Shown: positions 36,367 through 47,370, counted from the stretch's first letter. The stretch: 64,000 nt of DNA from Nemertoderma westbladi (GCA_032718475.1 JAUCBJ010007152.1:9381-73380), one strand, 5' to 3'. Numbers and translations: made by a program. The notes: generated by a model from the letters alone, not told the origin.

Positions 36367-36901
36367 TAAGAATGTAAGTTGCCAGCAAGTGTCAGCAATT
36401 AATTTGAAAGAATAAAAAAATCAATTATCTGGTAAACATATACTCAAACCAAATCAGTTTATATATAAGATATTTGGTGCCACATTATTAATATTTAAAA
36501 ATGGTCGTATTACATTATTAGGTAGTAAGTATAATTTCCAAAAAGTAAAAAAGCATATATTTGATAAAACAAGTATTAATTTGATTTTAATATCTGTTAA
36601 TTTATGTACTTATATTTTTAGTATTAACTCTGTAGTCTATAGGTTATTGATAAACAATACCGGGTTTTATGTTGTCTTTGATAATGTACAACTTCAAGTT
36701 ATATATGAACCTGAAATTTTTAATAATTGCAAAATAAGAATAAATAATACCGTAGTCATTTGCTGCTTTCATACCGGTAAATGTACTTTAATGTGTTCAC
36801 CTAGCAAATTTCACATTTATTACCCTATATTTAGTAAACTGGTTAATTATTTATTAATGTTTGGTGTTGTGACTTTAGGTGTAGAATATATTGGTAATTA
36901 G
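36347..36901 (+). pseudogene. TATA-binding protein (TBP)-like gene with one premature TAA (36413-36415)
   Basis: Hand translation: MNYQIVNKNVSC..INLKE*..GATLLIFKNGRITLLGSK....IYEPEIFNNCKIRINNTVVICCFHTGKCTL. Matches both TBP repeats (TALIFSSGKMVCTGAK; YEPELFPG..LLIFVSGKVVL). Confidence 0.72.
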
Positions 36902-37040
36902 AAGGTAAAAATTAAACATTATTATTTTTCAATCGATCTATCGGTAGTTAGGGAAAACTAACCTCGTTTGAATAAGCATGACTCTCACAGGCTGACTGCG
37001 CGCCTAGCTGACAGTAGCTGCGAGGCTGACTGTGTGACTA

Positions 37041-37942
37041 GCTGCGAGGTTGACCGCATCCTAGCAGCGTGGCTGACTGCGCACACATCTGATTGTAACT
37101 GGTTCACGATATTGTATACATTGGCTTAGTTTGTTACTGCAGGTACTGTTACATTAATACTGTAGTACCGGTACTGCAGTACAATGCTAATAGAAGGAAA
37201 TCAGTATGTTCTATCTGACTATACTGATACAACAACAGTGAAAGTACTGCATTACTGTATTGTTTGGGTAGGTGATCTAATCCCTGTATGTGAGACCCAT
37301 GCGTGCAATCCAGGTCATGACTGCAGTATGCTAATCAAGGTTCGGGTAGACTGCAGTATCCTTATAGGTGAAAAAAAAACAAATACTATTGCATCAGATT
37401 ACTGCTGTACTGATACCGGTAGACCGCAACTACAGTGTTGGAAGAGTAAAACAATGTCGGTACTGATAAAGTGGATGACAGTGGTGGATAAGGGCTGCGA
37501 GGTTGACTGCATCCTAGCAGCATGGCTGACTGCGCACACATCTGATTGTAACTGGCTCACGATATTGTATACATTGGCTTAGTTTGTTACTGCAGGTACT
37601 GTTACATTAATACTGTAGTATCGGTACTGCAGTACAATGCTAATAGAAGGAAATCAGTATGCTCTATCTGACTATACTGTTACAACAACAGTGAAAGTAC
37701 TGCAGTACTGTATTGTTTGGCTAGGTGATCTAATCCTTACATGTGAGACCCATGCATGCAATCCAGGTCATGACTGCAGTATGCTAATCAAGGTTCGGGT
37801 AGACTGCAGTATCCTTATAGGTGAAAAAAAACAAATACTATTGCATCAGATTACTGCTGTACTGATACCGGTAGACCGCGACTACAGTGTTAGAAGAGTA
37901 AAACATTACCGGTACTGATAAAGTGGATGACAGTTATGGATA
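37041..37942. repeat. 453-bp tandem duplication between the convergent gene blocks of the Polinton
   Basis: Near-identical copies offset by 453 (e.g. 37184 vs 37637). Confidence 0.9.
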
Positions 37943-38323
37943 GGCCTATAATAAATTATTGAATTTAACAGTACCGGTACCAACAGGTTAACATTACATC
38001 CTATACAGATTATGTTGCATTTCTGACTAATATTACTAAAGTTATATCACTAGTCAACTACTGTATGTGTTATTAGTTTGCGATGTATAGGATGTTTCGC
38101 AATACCAGTACAACTATATTAGAATGATATCGAGAATACTTACTGTACATGTTACGTCTATATCATATTGTTAAATGTGTATGTTAACCTAGCGCAATTG
38201 ATTCTTTTTTAGAGAACTTGTTGTAAAAAAAATTATATTTTATTATATTTTTATATTAACATCAAGATCATCACCAAAATAAAATTATATTATATCCCAT
38301 CACATTACAAGCTTAGAGTAAAC

Positions 38324-38899
38324 CTACTGTACATCATTCACCGCAGTTATTTCTTTCTGTTTATCACCTGTCTCAGTTAATCGCTTCATATAATTACATA
38401 CCCTCCAATCCTTTTCACTGAGCAGTAATTCAAGCAGCTATCACCATCTTTGTGAAAACTACATTTATCTTCTACAGTAGTTAATTTATCGTGGAAGGGG
38501 CATGGAGTTAAATAATTGTAATATAGTCAAAATATTCCCAATTTGTTCATCGATTTTGGAGCGTAAACATCAAGTTGGGTATTTAATATTGCGGCTTTCA
38601 TCAACCCGAATACATATATTATATTTATTTTTTAATTGTCTCTTCATGTACTTTTTAAGGTCATCTTGCGAAATGTCACCGTAATCCCAAGGTAAATGCG
38701 ATGTAATATCGCATAAATTGTTTACGTGGGCTTCATCTAATGCCGATAAGTTAATATCAGGAGGTCCTTTAATTAAAAACGTCTTTATATTAGTTTTACT
38801 GTATTTAGAATCAAATATAGCAAATTCTTTAAATACTACCGGATATTCCTTATTGTCTATCTTATAATATTGAAAATCAACAAAAATAATATTATCCAT
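38324..38899 (-). pseudogene. Polinton DEDD-exonuclease-like protein, frameshifted
   Basis: IFVDFQ..FKEFAI..PP..HLPWDYG; a second frame continues KCSFHKDGDSCLNYC to a stop at 38324. Confidence 0.6.
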
Positions 38900-38955
38900 T
38901 TTATCGAATAATATATTTAGATAAACAAAAGTTAAATGATTAATTACAACGCCTG

Positions 38956-39396
38956 TTAGTTTATTTTATAATAATTAACAAGCCATTTATATAATATTAT
39001 TTCATTTATTTCCACATTATTTGTAAACGCTCTCATTGGATAGTTTGTGTGAATTTGATTTACCAAGTAATAAAGACAGTATAACCCGCATGTGGTCCTT
39101 CTAGGGTCTTGAAATTGCCTGCGAGTAGTACACCACCTTGCTGAATTTTTCTCAAGCCATTTTTCAATACATCTGTTTGGATATTTTGGACCAAACGAAT
39201 TAAATAATTCAGCTTCATTATCTCGTATATATATAGCCACCCAATGAACACCTGGTAGATGCGCTTTATCGGTATTTACTATTAACCCATAATCTCTTCG
39301 CTTATTATTATCTAATTTAGGTAATTTATTAGATGGAAATGCCCCCAAATAGTGACCACCCACTGGAAACATATCAAGGTCCTCTGTAGATAACAT
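38956..39396 (-). CDS. Adenain-like maturation cysteine protease (PRO)
   Basis: NTD..PGVHWVA, FNSFG (usual Asp is Asn here), Q..TCGLYC. Confidence 0.92.
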   Translation of the reverse strand: MLSTEDLDMFPVGGHYLGAFPSNKLPKLDNNKRRDYGLIVNTDKAHLPGVHWVAIYIRDNEAELFNSFGPKYPNRCIEKWLEKNSARWCTTRRQFQDPRRTTCGLYCLYYLVNQIHTNYPMRAFTNNVEINEIILYKWLVNYYKIN

Positions 39397-39398
39397 AC

Positions 39399-40658
39399 TT
39401 AATCGATATGTATTTCTTTCCTGCTATTTAAACTTAATGATTGATCATAAATATTAAAAACGATTACATTTATGGTCTCAACCAACGGTTCGGCAAATCT
39501 TAATTTTAATTGTCCGTTAGTATATATTGATGGTTGGGGATCCCTAACATAAGCGTCGGCAGTTAGGTCCCAGGATATGAGTGGGCAATTACCTAAGTAG
39601 GTTTCATGGTCTATATTATTACCTCCATAACCGTTAATATATGTATTAATGTTCTTCATTAATTGAGTATACTCAAAAATGTATGTTCCATCTGTAAAAT
39701 TAGGCTCGTATATTACACCACCTACTGGAAGACCGTCTACAATCAGCTCCACGCGTCTAAGGTTAAAATGTTCAAATTTCAATGGGTTACTAGTTAATTC
39801 TCCCGAATATGAATTATTTGTTATAAAACCGATAATAACTAATTTGGGTTTTTTACCATCAAATATGTTTGTTTGGGTGTAATTTGTGGTTTGAGCGGGA
39901 ATAGTAAATGTAGTAACCTCTTTTTTTTGAAATTGATATTCAATATCGTAGCTCTCTAAACCTTTTAGATGGCTGCTTTCTATTACTGGATTAACCTCCA
40001 TTCTAGGGATTAGGATCTTTACTTCATCTAATTCTAGCCGAAGATTTGTCACAGCGTTTGCGTTTGGAGTGATTTTAAAAATAAACGAAGTTGATACTTT
40101 TCTAAAATGCATTCTTAAATCATACCCCGGTTGTATTATTTTACTTTCAGTATCAAAATCAATTGTCAATCCGCTTACAAATTGCATTTGTTTACTAAAG
40201 GCATTGCCAATAGGATGCGCACCGGGATTAATTTCATTTCCGTGTTCGGATAAAGGCTGACGAAAGCCGCCTGCCCCCAGTAGCCCATTTTTTGTTTCGT
40301 ATGTTGTAAATAGTAAATTGGATAAGTACGACTTGTAGAAATAATGGTTATTGCTATTTTCAACCTGCTTCTCATTAAGGTCTATTTTAATATCACTCCA
40401 CATAGTTCCAGAAGGGTAATTCAACATATAAATATGTGAGTTTTCAAGTCGTCTATCCCACTGTACAGTACATTTTGTAATTAATAATGCATCTTGCAGT
40501 TTCGTATAGAATTCATTGGATCTCGGTACAAGAAACGTGACTTCCCTACACTCGCTTCTGAGATTAGATACGGGGTAAATTATTTCATAATGCTTTGCTT
40601 TAAATTCAGTCTGTATTGGCTGTGTAGAAAATAAATTTAATTCCTTAATAATTGACAT
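39399..40658 (-). CDS. Major capsid protein (double jelly roll), intact 419 aa
   Basis: ELNLF..PIQT, Y.YKSYL, PKLVIIGF..YSG..NPLKFEHFNL, WDLTAD, G.LKLRF..PL: Polinton MCP pattern. Confidence 0.9.
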   Translation of the reverse strand: MSIIKELNLFSTQPIQTEFKAKHYEIIYPVSNLRSECREVTFLVPRSNEFYTKLQDALLITKCTVQWDRRLENSHIYMLNYPSGTMWSDIKIDLNEKQVENSNNHYFYKSYLSNLLFTTYETKNGLLGAGGFRQPLSEHGNEINPGAHPIGNAFSKQMQFVSGLTIDFDTESKIIQPGYDLRMHFRKVSTSFIFKITPNANAVTNLRLELDEVKILIPRMEVNPVIESSHLKGLESYDIEYQFQKKEVTTFTIPAQTTNYTQTNIFDGKKPKLVIIGFITNNSYSGELTSNPLKFEHFNLRRVELIVDGLPVGGVIYEPNFTDGTYIFEYTQLMKNINTYINGYGGNNIDHETYLGNCPLISWDLTADAYVRDPQPSIYTNGQLKLRFAEPLVETINVIVFNIYDQSLSLNSRKEIHID

Positions 40659-40660
40659 TA

Positions 40661-41224
40661 TTAAAAAATACTTTTTTCGCAGTGTTTCAGTTTGCCTTTT
40701 TTTATTTTTCTATTTTTACTACGACGATGATGTATGTTCATAGACATTGGTCTAGTCGGTCGCTTTAAATCTCTATAAACTTTTTCTACAACTGATCTTG
40801 TTGATGGTTTCATTTTATTTAATGCTTTATTAATAACCGTATTAGCCTGCTGATGTAAGACCCGCTTACCTTTTGGTATTACGTGTTGTCTCATAAATTT
40901 TGTGGTAAATGGTAAAACTTTTTGTAAAACTTTTTTTGCTAATGGCTTTCCAAATTTTTTCAATGTAGATAAAGCGTCTGTAAATATACCTTCTCCGTGT
41001 TGATTTGTCCGCATACCTCTGCGATAACGTTGAAATCGACATTGTTTTAAGTTTGGACCAAATGCACCAATTTGTTGACCGTAAGGGTCAATATATGATC
41101 CACCTCGAAAAACAGGAACTTGCGTCGAGCCTCTCGTACTTCTACCACCTTTAAAAACAGCAAGATTAGAGTCTGCACCACCATATTGAGGTTTACTGTA
41201 TCTTTGAAATAAATCGGAATCCAT
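40661..41224 (-). CDS. Basic core / membrane-penetration precursor protein
   Basis: QYGG, FKGG, FRGG, QHGEG protease-type sites followed by amphipathic IFTDALSTLKKFGKPLAKKVL; very basic; ends ...SIF. Confidence 0.7.
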   Translation of the reverse strand: MDSDLFQRYSKPQYGGADSNLAVFKGGRSTRGSTQVPVFRGGSYIDPYGQQIGAFGPNLKQCRFQRYRRGMRTNQHGEGIFTDALSTLKKFGKPLAKKVLQKVLPFTTKFMRQHVIPKGKRVLHQQANTVINKALNKMKPSTRSVVEKVYRDLKRPTRPMSMNIHHRRSKNRKIKKGKLKHCEKSIF

Positions 41225-41225
41225 T

Positions 41226-42075
41226 TTAATTTATTTTTTTAAAGTGTAAGGTAATAGAAGTTGTACCGTATTCAAAATTCAAATCTTTTCCTTCTTTGTC
41301 TGTTATTTCAATATGAATGTATGTTATCTTATATGATTTTTTTACAGGGATATAATGAATTGTATCCTTGGCAAATTCTTTATTTATTATACTACCATAT
41401 TTCACGTCATCAGGTAGCCACGCGACGAAGTAAAGCTAAACCAAAATCATTAATATATTCATTTTCAATTATATTAGTAGTCACGTACATGTTCGACTTA
41501 GGTTCTGGAATAGAATTGGGTGGTTGAGGACATAAAAATACCATCTGGTAAGCTTTTTCTTCATTTCCGATAATCTTTATTAAATAACCCTTTATATTAT
41601 TTTTCGTCTTCAAAATAATTTTAAAATTTGGATTTAAATTCGCACCGAGATTATTTTCAGTAATTCCAAAATAATAGGCTAATTGTTGACCTATAAATAA
41701 CTCTCGTACAGTTTTCCCTAAAATAAATTGCAACCTATTTTGCTGAGTATTTTCAACTATTTGTAATTTATCTTTCAACGCCCCAGTGTTAAAATAATCT
41801 ATAATGTCATTGATACTGTAGAACAAGCCGGATGGAAGTGTATCCTCAAAATTTTTTTTCCCTTTTTTTAATAAAATAACATTCTCTACATTGTTATACA
41901 TGGACGGTAACGTGGCTAAGTAAAATATACTTTTTATACCTACCACCCAGTTTTCGTTTGGATTTATAGGTAAGGCACCATGGAAATTGATCTGATAATT
42001 ACTACCGGTATTACAAGGAAAATCAATTGGACACAAGTTACTTGGTAGACTAACATAGAACTCATCCATCACCAC
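41226..42075 (-). pseudogene. Minor capsid (penton) protein 1, two frameshifts near the 3' end
   Basis: FYVSLPSN..FP.N..S.Y, WVVGI, MYVTTNII..LLR; shifted frames give HYIPV and IHIEITDKEG..NF..GTTSITLHFK. Confidence 0.85.
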
Positions 42076-42931
42076 CGCATATTAACTTAAATGTTATAAC
42101 AGTGCGACCACCGTTGAAATTAATTAATTCACCTTGGCTGTCACGTAAAGTAATTAAGATTGTTTTTAGTTTTTTATTCAACAACGGGTAATAGCAAATG
42201 CTCTCGTATTCGTGATTAATATATTTTCGATTTAATTGTGTTAAAGGACAGGTTCTTAAGAGCGGAGCTAAAGCGTCACCAACAAATGAGCTCTTAATAA
42301 TATCTGTATATATGAAGATTGTATCTTTATTACGAGTAATATTCGTAGGATCTGGAAAATCTAAAATCCCAATTTCCGAAATTTTTGGTCCACTATAATT
42401 TAAAATTAATATCGGCTGTTCTATATTGCTTAATTCATCCACTGTAGTGGTACTGTATATATCCCAATTCGGAATACCTGGATGATTCTGATCCAATAAC
42501 TGTTTTAAGCATAGAATTTGTATTAAATCACCGCGTAGACTTAATTGTATTTTTTTCAACTTTTTAGGAAATTTAAATTTAATTCTAGAATTATTTGTAT
42601 TAAAAATGAATTCGAAATCTCTATATTACGCTTCAGAATTAAACAGTTTATTTATATCATCAATAATGACTTGAATAGAGCTATGCATACCAGGAAATAA
42701 ACTGTATAATTTGGCATCTTTTGCATCTACCCCGATTGACAGTGAGATTTGAGTTTGCAAAGTAATATTACTGTATGTTGCTTGATATTGAATCTCGGCA
42801 AGTCCAATTTTAGCGTTTGAACCAATATATAATTCTTCGGCTAAATCAACAGTAAACTCGCTAGGGTTATTATTGGGATATGTGTTTAATGAGCTATCTG
42901 AAACTAGAGTGATATATGTATCTACAGCCAT
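42062..42931 (-). pseudogene. Minor capsid (penton) protein 2, one in-frame stop (42626-42628)
   Basis: YITLVSDSS..YPNN.PSEF.V.L, IGLAEI; IFIYTDII..VGD..APLLR, YYPL, LRDSQGE.INF..GRTVITF; both ORFs share a frame. Confidence 0.88.
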
Positions 42932-42945
42932 TATTATTATTATTT

Positions 42946-43368
42946 AAGCTCTCTCTGCTTGACTCCATTGTATATACTGTACTGTATAATGTTAAACTAT
43001 AGACATCTGTGACCACGTTCATTGTTTCTACAGTATATGCGAGAGATCAATATTTAAAGCAAATGAACTATAGATATTAGACTTACAGCATAGTAATATC
43101 ATTCGAGTTAATATTGATTAATTACGATCATATGTGACCATTATTCGCTTAAGCTCTCTCTACTTGACTCCTTATACATACTGTATAATGTTAAATTATA
43201 GACATCTGTCACCGCGTTCATTACCGCTTCTACAGTATATGCGAGGGATCAATATTTTACTGGCTTTATTTAAAGCGAATGAACTATAGATATTAAACTC
43301 TCAGTATAGTATAGTAATATCATTCGAGTTAATATTGATTAATTACGGTCATATGTGACCATTATTCA
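42946..43368. repeat. About 204-bp direct duplication upstream of the capsid gene block
   Basis: taagctctctct..cttgactcc...atatgtgaccattattc at 42946 and 43150. Confidence 0.85.
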
Positions 43369-43401
43369 CGCAATGAATTAATATACAGTATAAACCTAAA
43401 C

Positions 43402-44490
43402 TTATTGAATATGCTGTACCCACGACTGTTTTTTGGATCCAATGAATCGGACTAAATATTCTTTTTTCCCATTGCGCACACGTTCTTTAAGTTTGCCAAT
43501 ATTTTTGTCAATCGGAAGATAAATATTACTACTCGGGTGGACCTTTTGGAGTTCGTATGAATAAAATGAACCATTTATTATAGCACCAGCGCTGTCCTTA
43601 ATATCGAACATTACCACTGGTACTCTATCCAATCTGACCCGATGAATAATAAATAATTCACGTGTCCATTGTTCTCGATAGCCTTTAGCAAAAGCAGTAC
43701 GCGCGATAGATAAACGTACTGTATCTCCAACTTGAAATTTTATTTTCTTGTGATTAATCTGTCTATATTTCCCATATAATATATTAATTAATTCAGTTTC
43801 ATTAAATTTATTAACTTCAATGGGAGTCATTTGTATAGTCCTATGAAATGACCTATTATAAGCAAAAATAAGCTTCGGTAAAATTTTTATCCAAACATTA
43901 TTTCCCCGTTGTGTGAAAATTTTGAACATCTTTGTTTTTAATGTTCTATTGAATCTCTCGACAATAGCCGCCTTATTCACAGAGTACATTATGTAATAAC
44001 GTACACCAATAGTATCTAAATATTTTCTTACAGATTTATTTAGAAACTCAGACCCTTGATCAGTCGCGATTCTGTTTGGTTTACCTTTCTGGAATATTTT
44101 TTGCAATATACTAATAATTTCAATACCTGTTTTTGTCTTCATACCATAGGCAAAAGCAAGCCGGCTAAAGGCATCAATACATGTTAATATATAGTTATAA
44201 TTATTATTTTGTGATTTATATTGCTGCATATCCACCAGATCTATCATATATATATCTTTTAACCCTCCCGTAAATATTTTAGATGTTGGATAATGATGTC
44301 TACGTGGTGCGTGAAGGGAGTATGTCTTTTGCCCGCTCAACCATTTCTGAGCTTGAGATGGTTTGATGTTTGCGGCTTTTGCTAATTTTGCGATACTTGC
44401 AAAACCTGCAGGCGATGAAGGATCTAAATAAATTCTTAACAGTTTTTTGTCTAAGCTTCGGCTTAAAATCGGTTTCATCTTGAGTGGCAT
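43402..44490 (-). CDS. Retroviral-like (RVE) integrase with C-terminal chromodomain-like tail, intact
   Basis: IDLVD, IDAFSR, TDQGSEF, VERFNRTLK, YNRSFH.TI.MTP, FAKGY..QWT.E, EYLVRF.G. Confidence 0.95.
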   Translation of the reverse strand: MPLKMKPILSRSLDKKLLRIYLDPSSPAGFASIAKLAKAANIKPSQAQKWLSGQKTYSLHAPRRHHYPTSKIFTGGLKDIYMIDLVDMQQYKSQNNNYNYILTCIDAFSRLAFAYGMKTKTGIEIISILQKIFQKGKPNRIATDQGSEFLNKSVRKYLDTIGVRYYIMYSVNKAAIVERFNRTLKTKMFKIFTQRGNNVWIKILPKLIFAYNRSFHRTIQMTPIEVNKFNETELINILYGKYRQINHKKIKFQVGDTVRLSIARTAFAKGYREQWTRELFIIHRVRLDRVPVVMFDIKDSAGAIINGSFYSYELQKVHPSSNIYLPIDKNIGKLKERVRNGKKEYLVRFIGSKKQSWVQHIQ

Positions 44491-44711
44491 CTTTTCGACA
44501 ACCGCAAGTAATATGTATATTCAAATCTCTTATAAAGGGCATCACCGTAAAAACAGCTGAAATTTTTTTATTTTCTTTGAAGTTGATGTTTTGAAGGGTT
44601 TTCTTTTTGTAGTATTTACTCTAGGTATATCTTGAGGTTTTAAATCAGTAGCTAACGGTTTAGTCGATACTAAATATAATTTTCTAAATGTTACTCCCGT
44701 TTTAACCATTA

Positions 44712-45095
44712 TTACCGTCCGCGGTTAATTTTTTTCGCAATAGCCGCTCCAGCGGCGGCGGCACCAGCACTCGCAGCGAGTTTCGCACCAATGCCGAGTA
44801 AGGGTATTAGAAACGGTAGTATGCCTCCAGATTGATTGGTTAACTTTTTTCTGTAACTTGATATATTTTTTGTTTTGCGGTTGAGTGATTTTAATACCTT
44901 ATTATAACGACGAATATTTCTAAATGAATGAGGGGTCAATTGTACGTTACCTTTTAGAACATTTAATGCGGTATTTACAATGAGCCGTATTAATTCGTTA
45001 CTCGCGGTATGGTTAATAAAATAAGTTCTTTGTTGAGGGGTAGCGCTATGTAGAAATTCCAATTCGTTACGATATTTCTGCACAAGTCTATTCAT
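44712..45095 (-). CDS. Core protein with adenovirus pX(mu)-like C-terminus
   Basis: N.LKGNV.L region then QSGG|ILPFLIPLL..A-rich tail; compare adenovirus pX MRGG|ILPLLIPLIAAAIG. Confidence 0.7.
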   Translation of the reverse strand: MNRLVQKYRNELEFLHSATPQQRTYFINHTASNELIRLIVNTALNVLKGNVQLTPHSFRNIRRYNKVLKSLNRKTKNISSYRKKLTNQSGGILPFLIPLLGIGAKLAASAGAAAAGAAIAKKINRGR

Positions 45096-45128
45096 TGTTG
45101 CAACATTATTGAAAATTGTTACAAAATA

Positions 45129-45812
45129 TTAATTATTATTATTATTATTATTATTATTTTCGCTACGTTTATAGTCAATGTAATTTTTAATGTAACAATT
45201 ATGATTACGAAATATATCCGATCTAAATCTTAAATGTTCGGGTGTTTCCTGTCGTAAATCAATTAAGAAATGCGAAAATGGTTCAATAGTCGCATCTTGA
45301 TAGGAATCTACTAAAAATTTGGTCTGCCCTGGTAACATCTGCTTCGCGAAATTTAAAACCGATAAACTGTCTCGCGGATTTTTCATTAATACTAGGGTAT
45401 GGCTATTAATTGATCTTGTGCGGTTATGCTTCCTACCGTAAAACATGTTTTGCGTTATGAAACAAATAAATATATTGGAATGATGAGCAACCTTAGTAAA
45501 CAATACAGTTAAAGCTGTACTAGACTCAGTTTCTATTAATAAATCATCTATAATTAATAAATCTCGACTATTCACTAAACTATCTATATTTTCAGGCAAA
45601 CCTTTGTAAAGGTGAGTAATACCAGGAATAGTCGGGGGATTGCTCCCGTAACAATACAATACTCGTAAGGGGTGTTCGTTGAAGCAGCCATTCTTGTGTT
45701 TAATTAAATTACCAACAAATGTAGACTTTCCGGAACCAGACGGGCCAGAAATTATCATACTCGTTCCCATTTGAAAGTTTAAATTATATGGACCTGAATT
45801 AAAGTCAGCCAT
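45129..45812 (-). CDS. A32/FtsK-like DNA packaging ATPase
   Basis: Walker A GPSGSGKS, Walker B LLIIDD, HH..ITQN, R..N...KNPRD. Confidence 0.93.
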   Translation of the reverse strand: MADFNSGPYNLNFQMGTSMIISGPSGSGKSTFVGNLIKHKNGCFNEHPLRVLYCYGSNPPTIPGITHLYKGLPENIDSLVNSRDLLIIDDLLIETESSTALTVLFTKVAHHSNIFICFITQNMFYGRKHNRTRSINSHTLVLMKNPRDSLSVLNFAKQMLPGQTKFLVDSYQDATIEPFSHFLIDLRQETPEHLRFRSDIFRNHNCYIKNYIDYKRSENNNNNNNNN

Positions 45813-45962
45813 TTATTATTATTATTAAGATATCAATAATACAATCACCATTACTATGTATATATGTAACAATTCACAAAAAACAGCATTTTACAACAAA
45901 AAGTATGTACAACTGTAGTATTAGTATATTTATCATGGCAATCTTTCGTTCTATTTATTACC

Positions 45963-46664
45963 TTATTTGAAAAGATTGTGTAATCGTATACCAGCAATCA
46001 ACAGACATTGTTTTCGATTTAAATAATGTCCACACCAAGTGAGATAACGGTGACATCGTATAAATTCGTTATACTTCTTAGTTTGACATTTACATTCTAT
46101 ACCACGTCCGTAGCATTTAGTACTGGAAATATGACTTAGAGTATGCTCCGTCAAAGTGCGAATTACTCTCATACACAAATCATTGCAAAGAATACCTTCA
46201 TCAAGTTTCAAATAATACTTTTTTGGTTTTATACCTCTTGAAGATGATTCATCTTTATATGTCTTAAAGTAAATATCAAAACTACGTAAATTCTTATTTA
46301 ATTTTACTGTGATATTTTTATGTTCTTCATCAAACAACCAAGGTACCATAAAGCCGCCTTTTTTCACTATATATCGATAAAAAATATTCTGTGATATTGT
46401 AAATAACTCGTTAGGTTCGTTACTTTTTCCTGAAATGTAAATAGAATTCCGCAGCTCTTTCCAATAATATGGATTATATAACTTGTTTACTCTGCAAAGT
46501 GTCTGTACTCTACAAATTGGACAAATTTTAGTATAATCATTAATTTCAACATGTTGATCAATACATGTCACGCAAGTTCCATGTTTATTAACACATATGT
46601 AACAATCAAGATGTTTTAAATTAGAATAACAAATACTACAATTTGTGTTTATTAATATATCCAT
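45963..46664 (-). CDS. RING-finger protein (putative E3 ligase), intact 233 aa
   Basis: CSIC-x9-CVNKH..CVTC-x12-CPICR at the N-terminus; Cys/His-rich C-terminus. Confidence 0.75.
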   Translation of the reverse strand: MDILINTNCSICYSNLKHLDCYICVNKHGTCVTCIDQHVEINDYTKICPICRVQTLCRVNKLYNPYYWKELRNSIYISGKSNEPNELFTISQNIFYRYIVKKGGFMVPWLFDEEHKNITVKLNKNLRSFDIYFKTYKDESSSRGIKPKKYYLKLDEGILCNDLCMRVIRTLTEHTLSHISSTKCYGRGIECKCQTKKYNEFIRCHRYLTWCGHYLNRKQCLLIAGIRLHNLFK

Positions 46665-47370
46665 TTTTCTTAAATAACCAAACCAAAATCGTTAAAATGT
46701 TGATAAAATATTTATAATATAGCTGAAAGAGTCAAGATTCAACTTCATTGTCATCGGTTTCATCAGTGGTTACAAGGGTTTCTTTCGAAATAATAACAAT
46801 AAACAAAGCCATAATTTCATAAGCATTTTTACGATCTAATTTGATCTCAAACTTTTCACATTTATTGCTCGCTATATTACCACTATATTGAGTAATAACA
46901 ATAAAGTTATCTGACATTGATAAAATTGTGAATTTATCTAAATCATCTTCTTCTTTGTAATCTAAAAGGTAATTAGTAGAATCTACCTCACCGAAAATAT
47001 CAATAGATCATAGTTCTTTTCTTGCTTGTTCAGAAAATGTCTATTTTAAAATTAGGTTGTGAAGGACAATAAATAGTGTTACCAATAACAATACAAGTAA
47101 GATTATCTACAGTATTAAATGTATGTCTTATTACAGGCGCAGGTGTATCAGAAGACATTATTATTATTATTATTATTATTTTATGTAATAACAATTAAAT
47201 AACAGCGACAAGACAGATAAATAAATATTAATGATATTTTTTTCTATTCTATTCATATATTTATATAGATCATGTTATATATACAACCAATCAACTAAGA
47301 ACACGTGTCACATGTAACCAATAGAAAGTAAATAATAACAGTAAATGAAGCAAAATAGGTCAGGCTACAG

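Noticed and set aside
37184-37918. Two paralogous Cys-rich ORFs (132 and 93 aa)
   Set aside because: They arise from the 453-bp duplication; the frame is not preserved between copies and there is no recognisable domain
46732-46917. 61-aa ORF near the right TIR
   Set aside because: May be a decayed viral gene, but there is no recognisable motif to support a call
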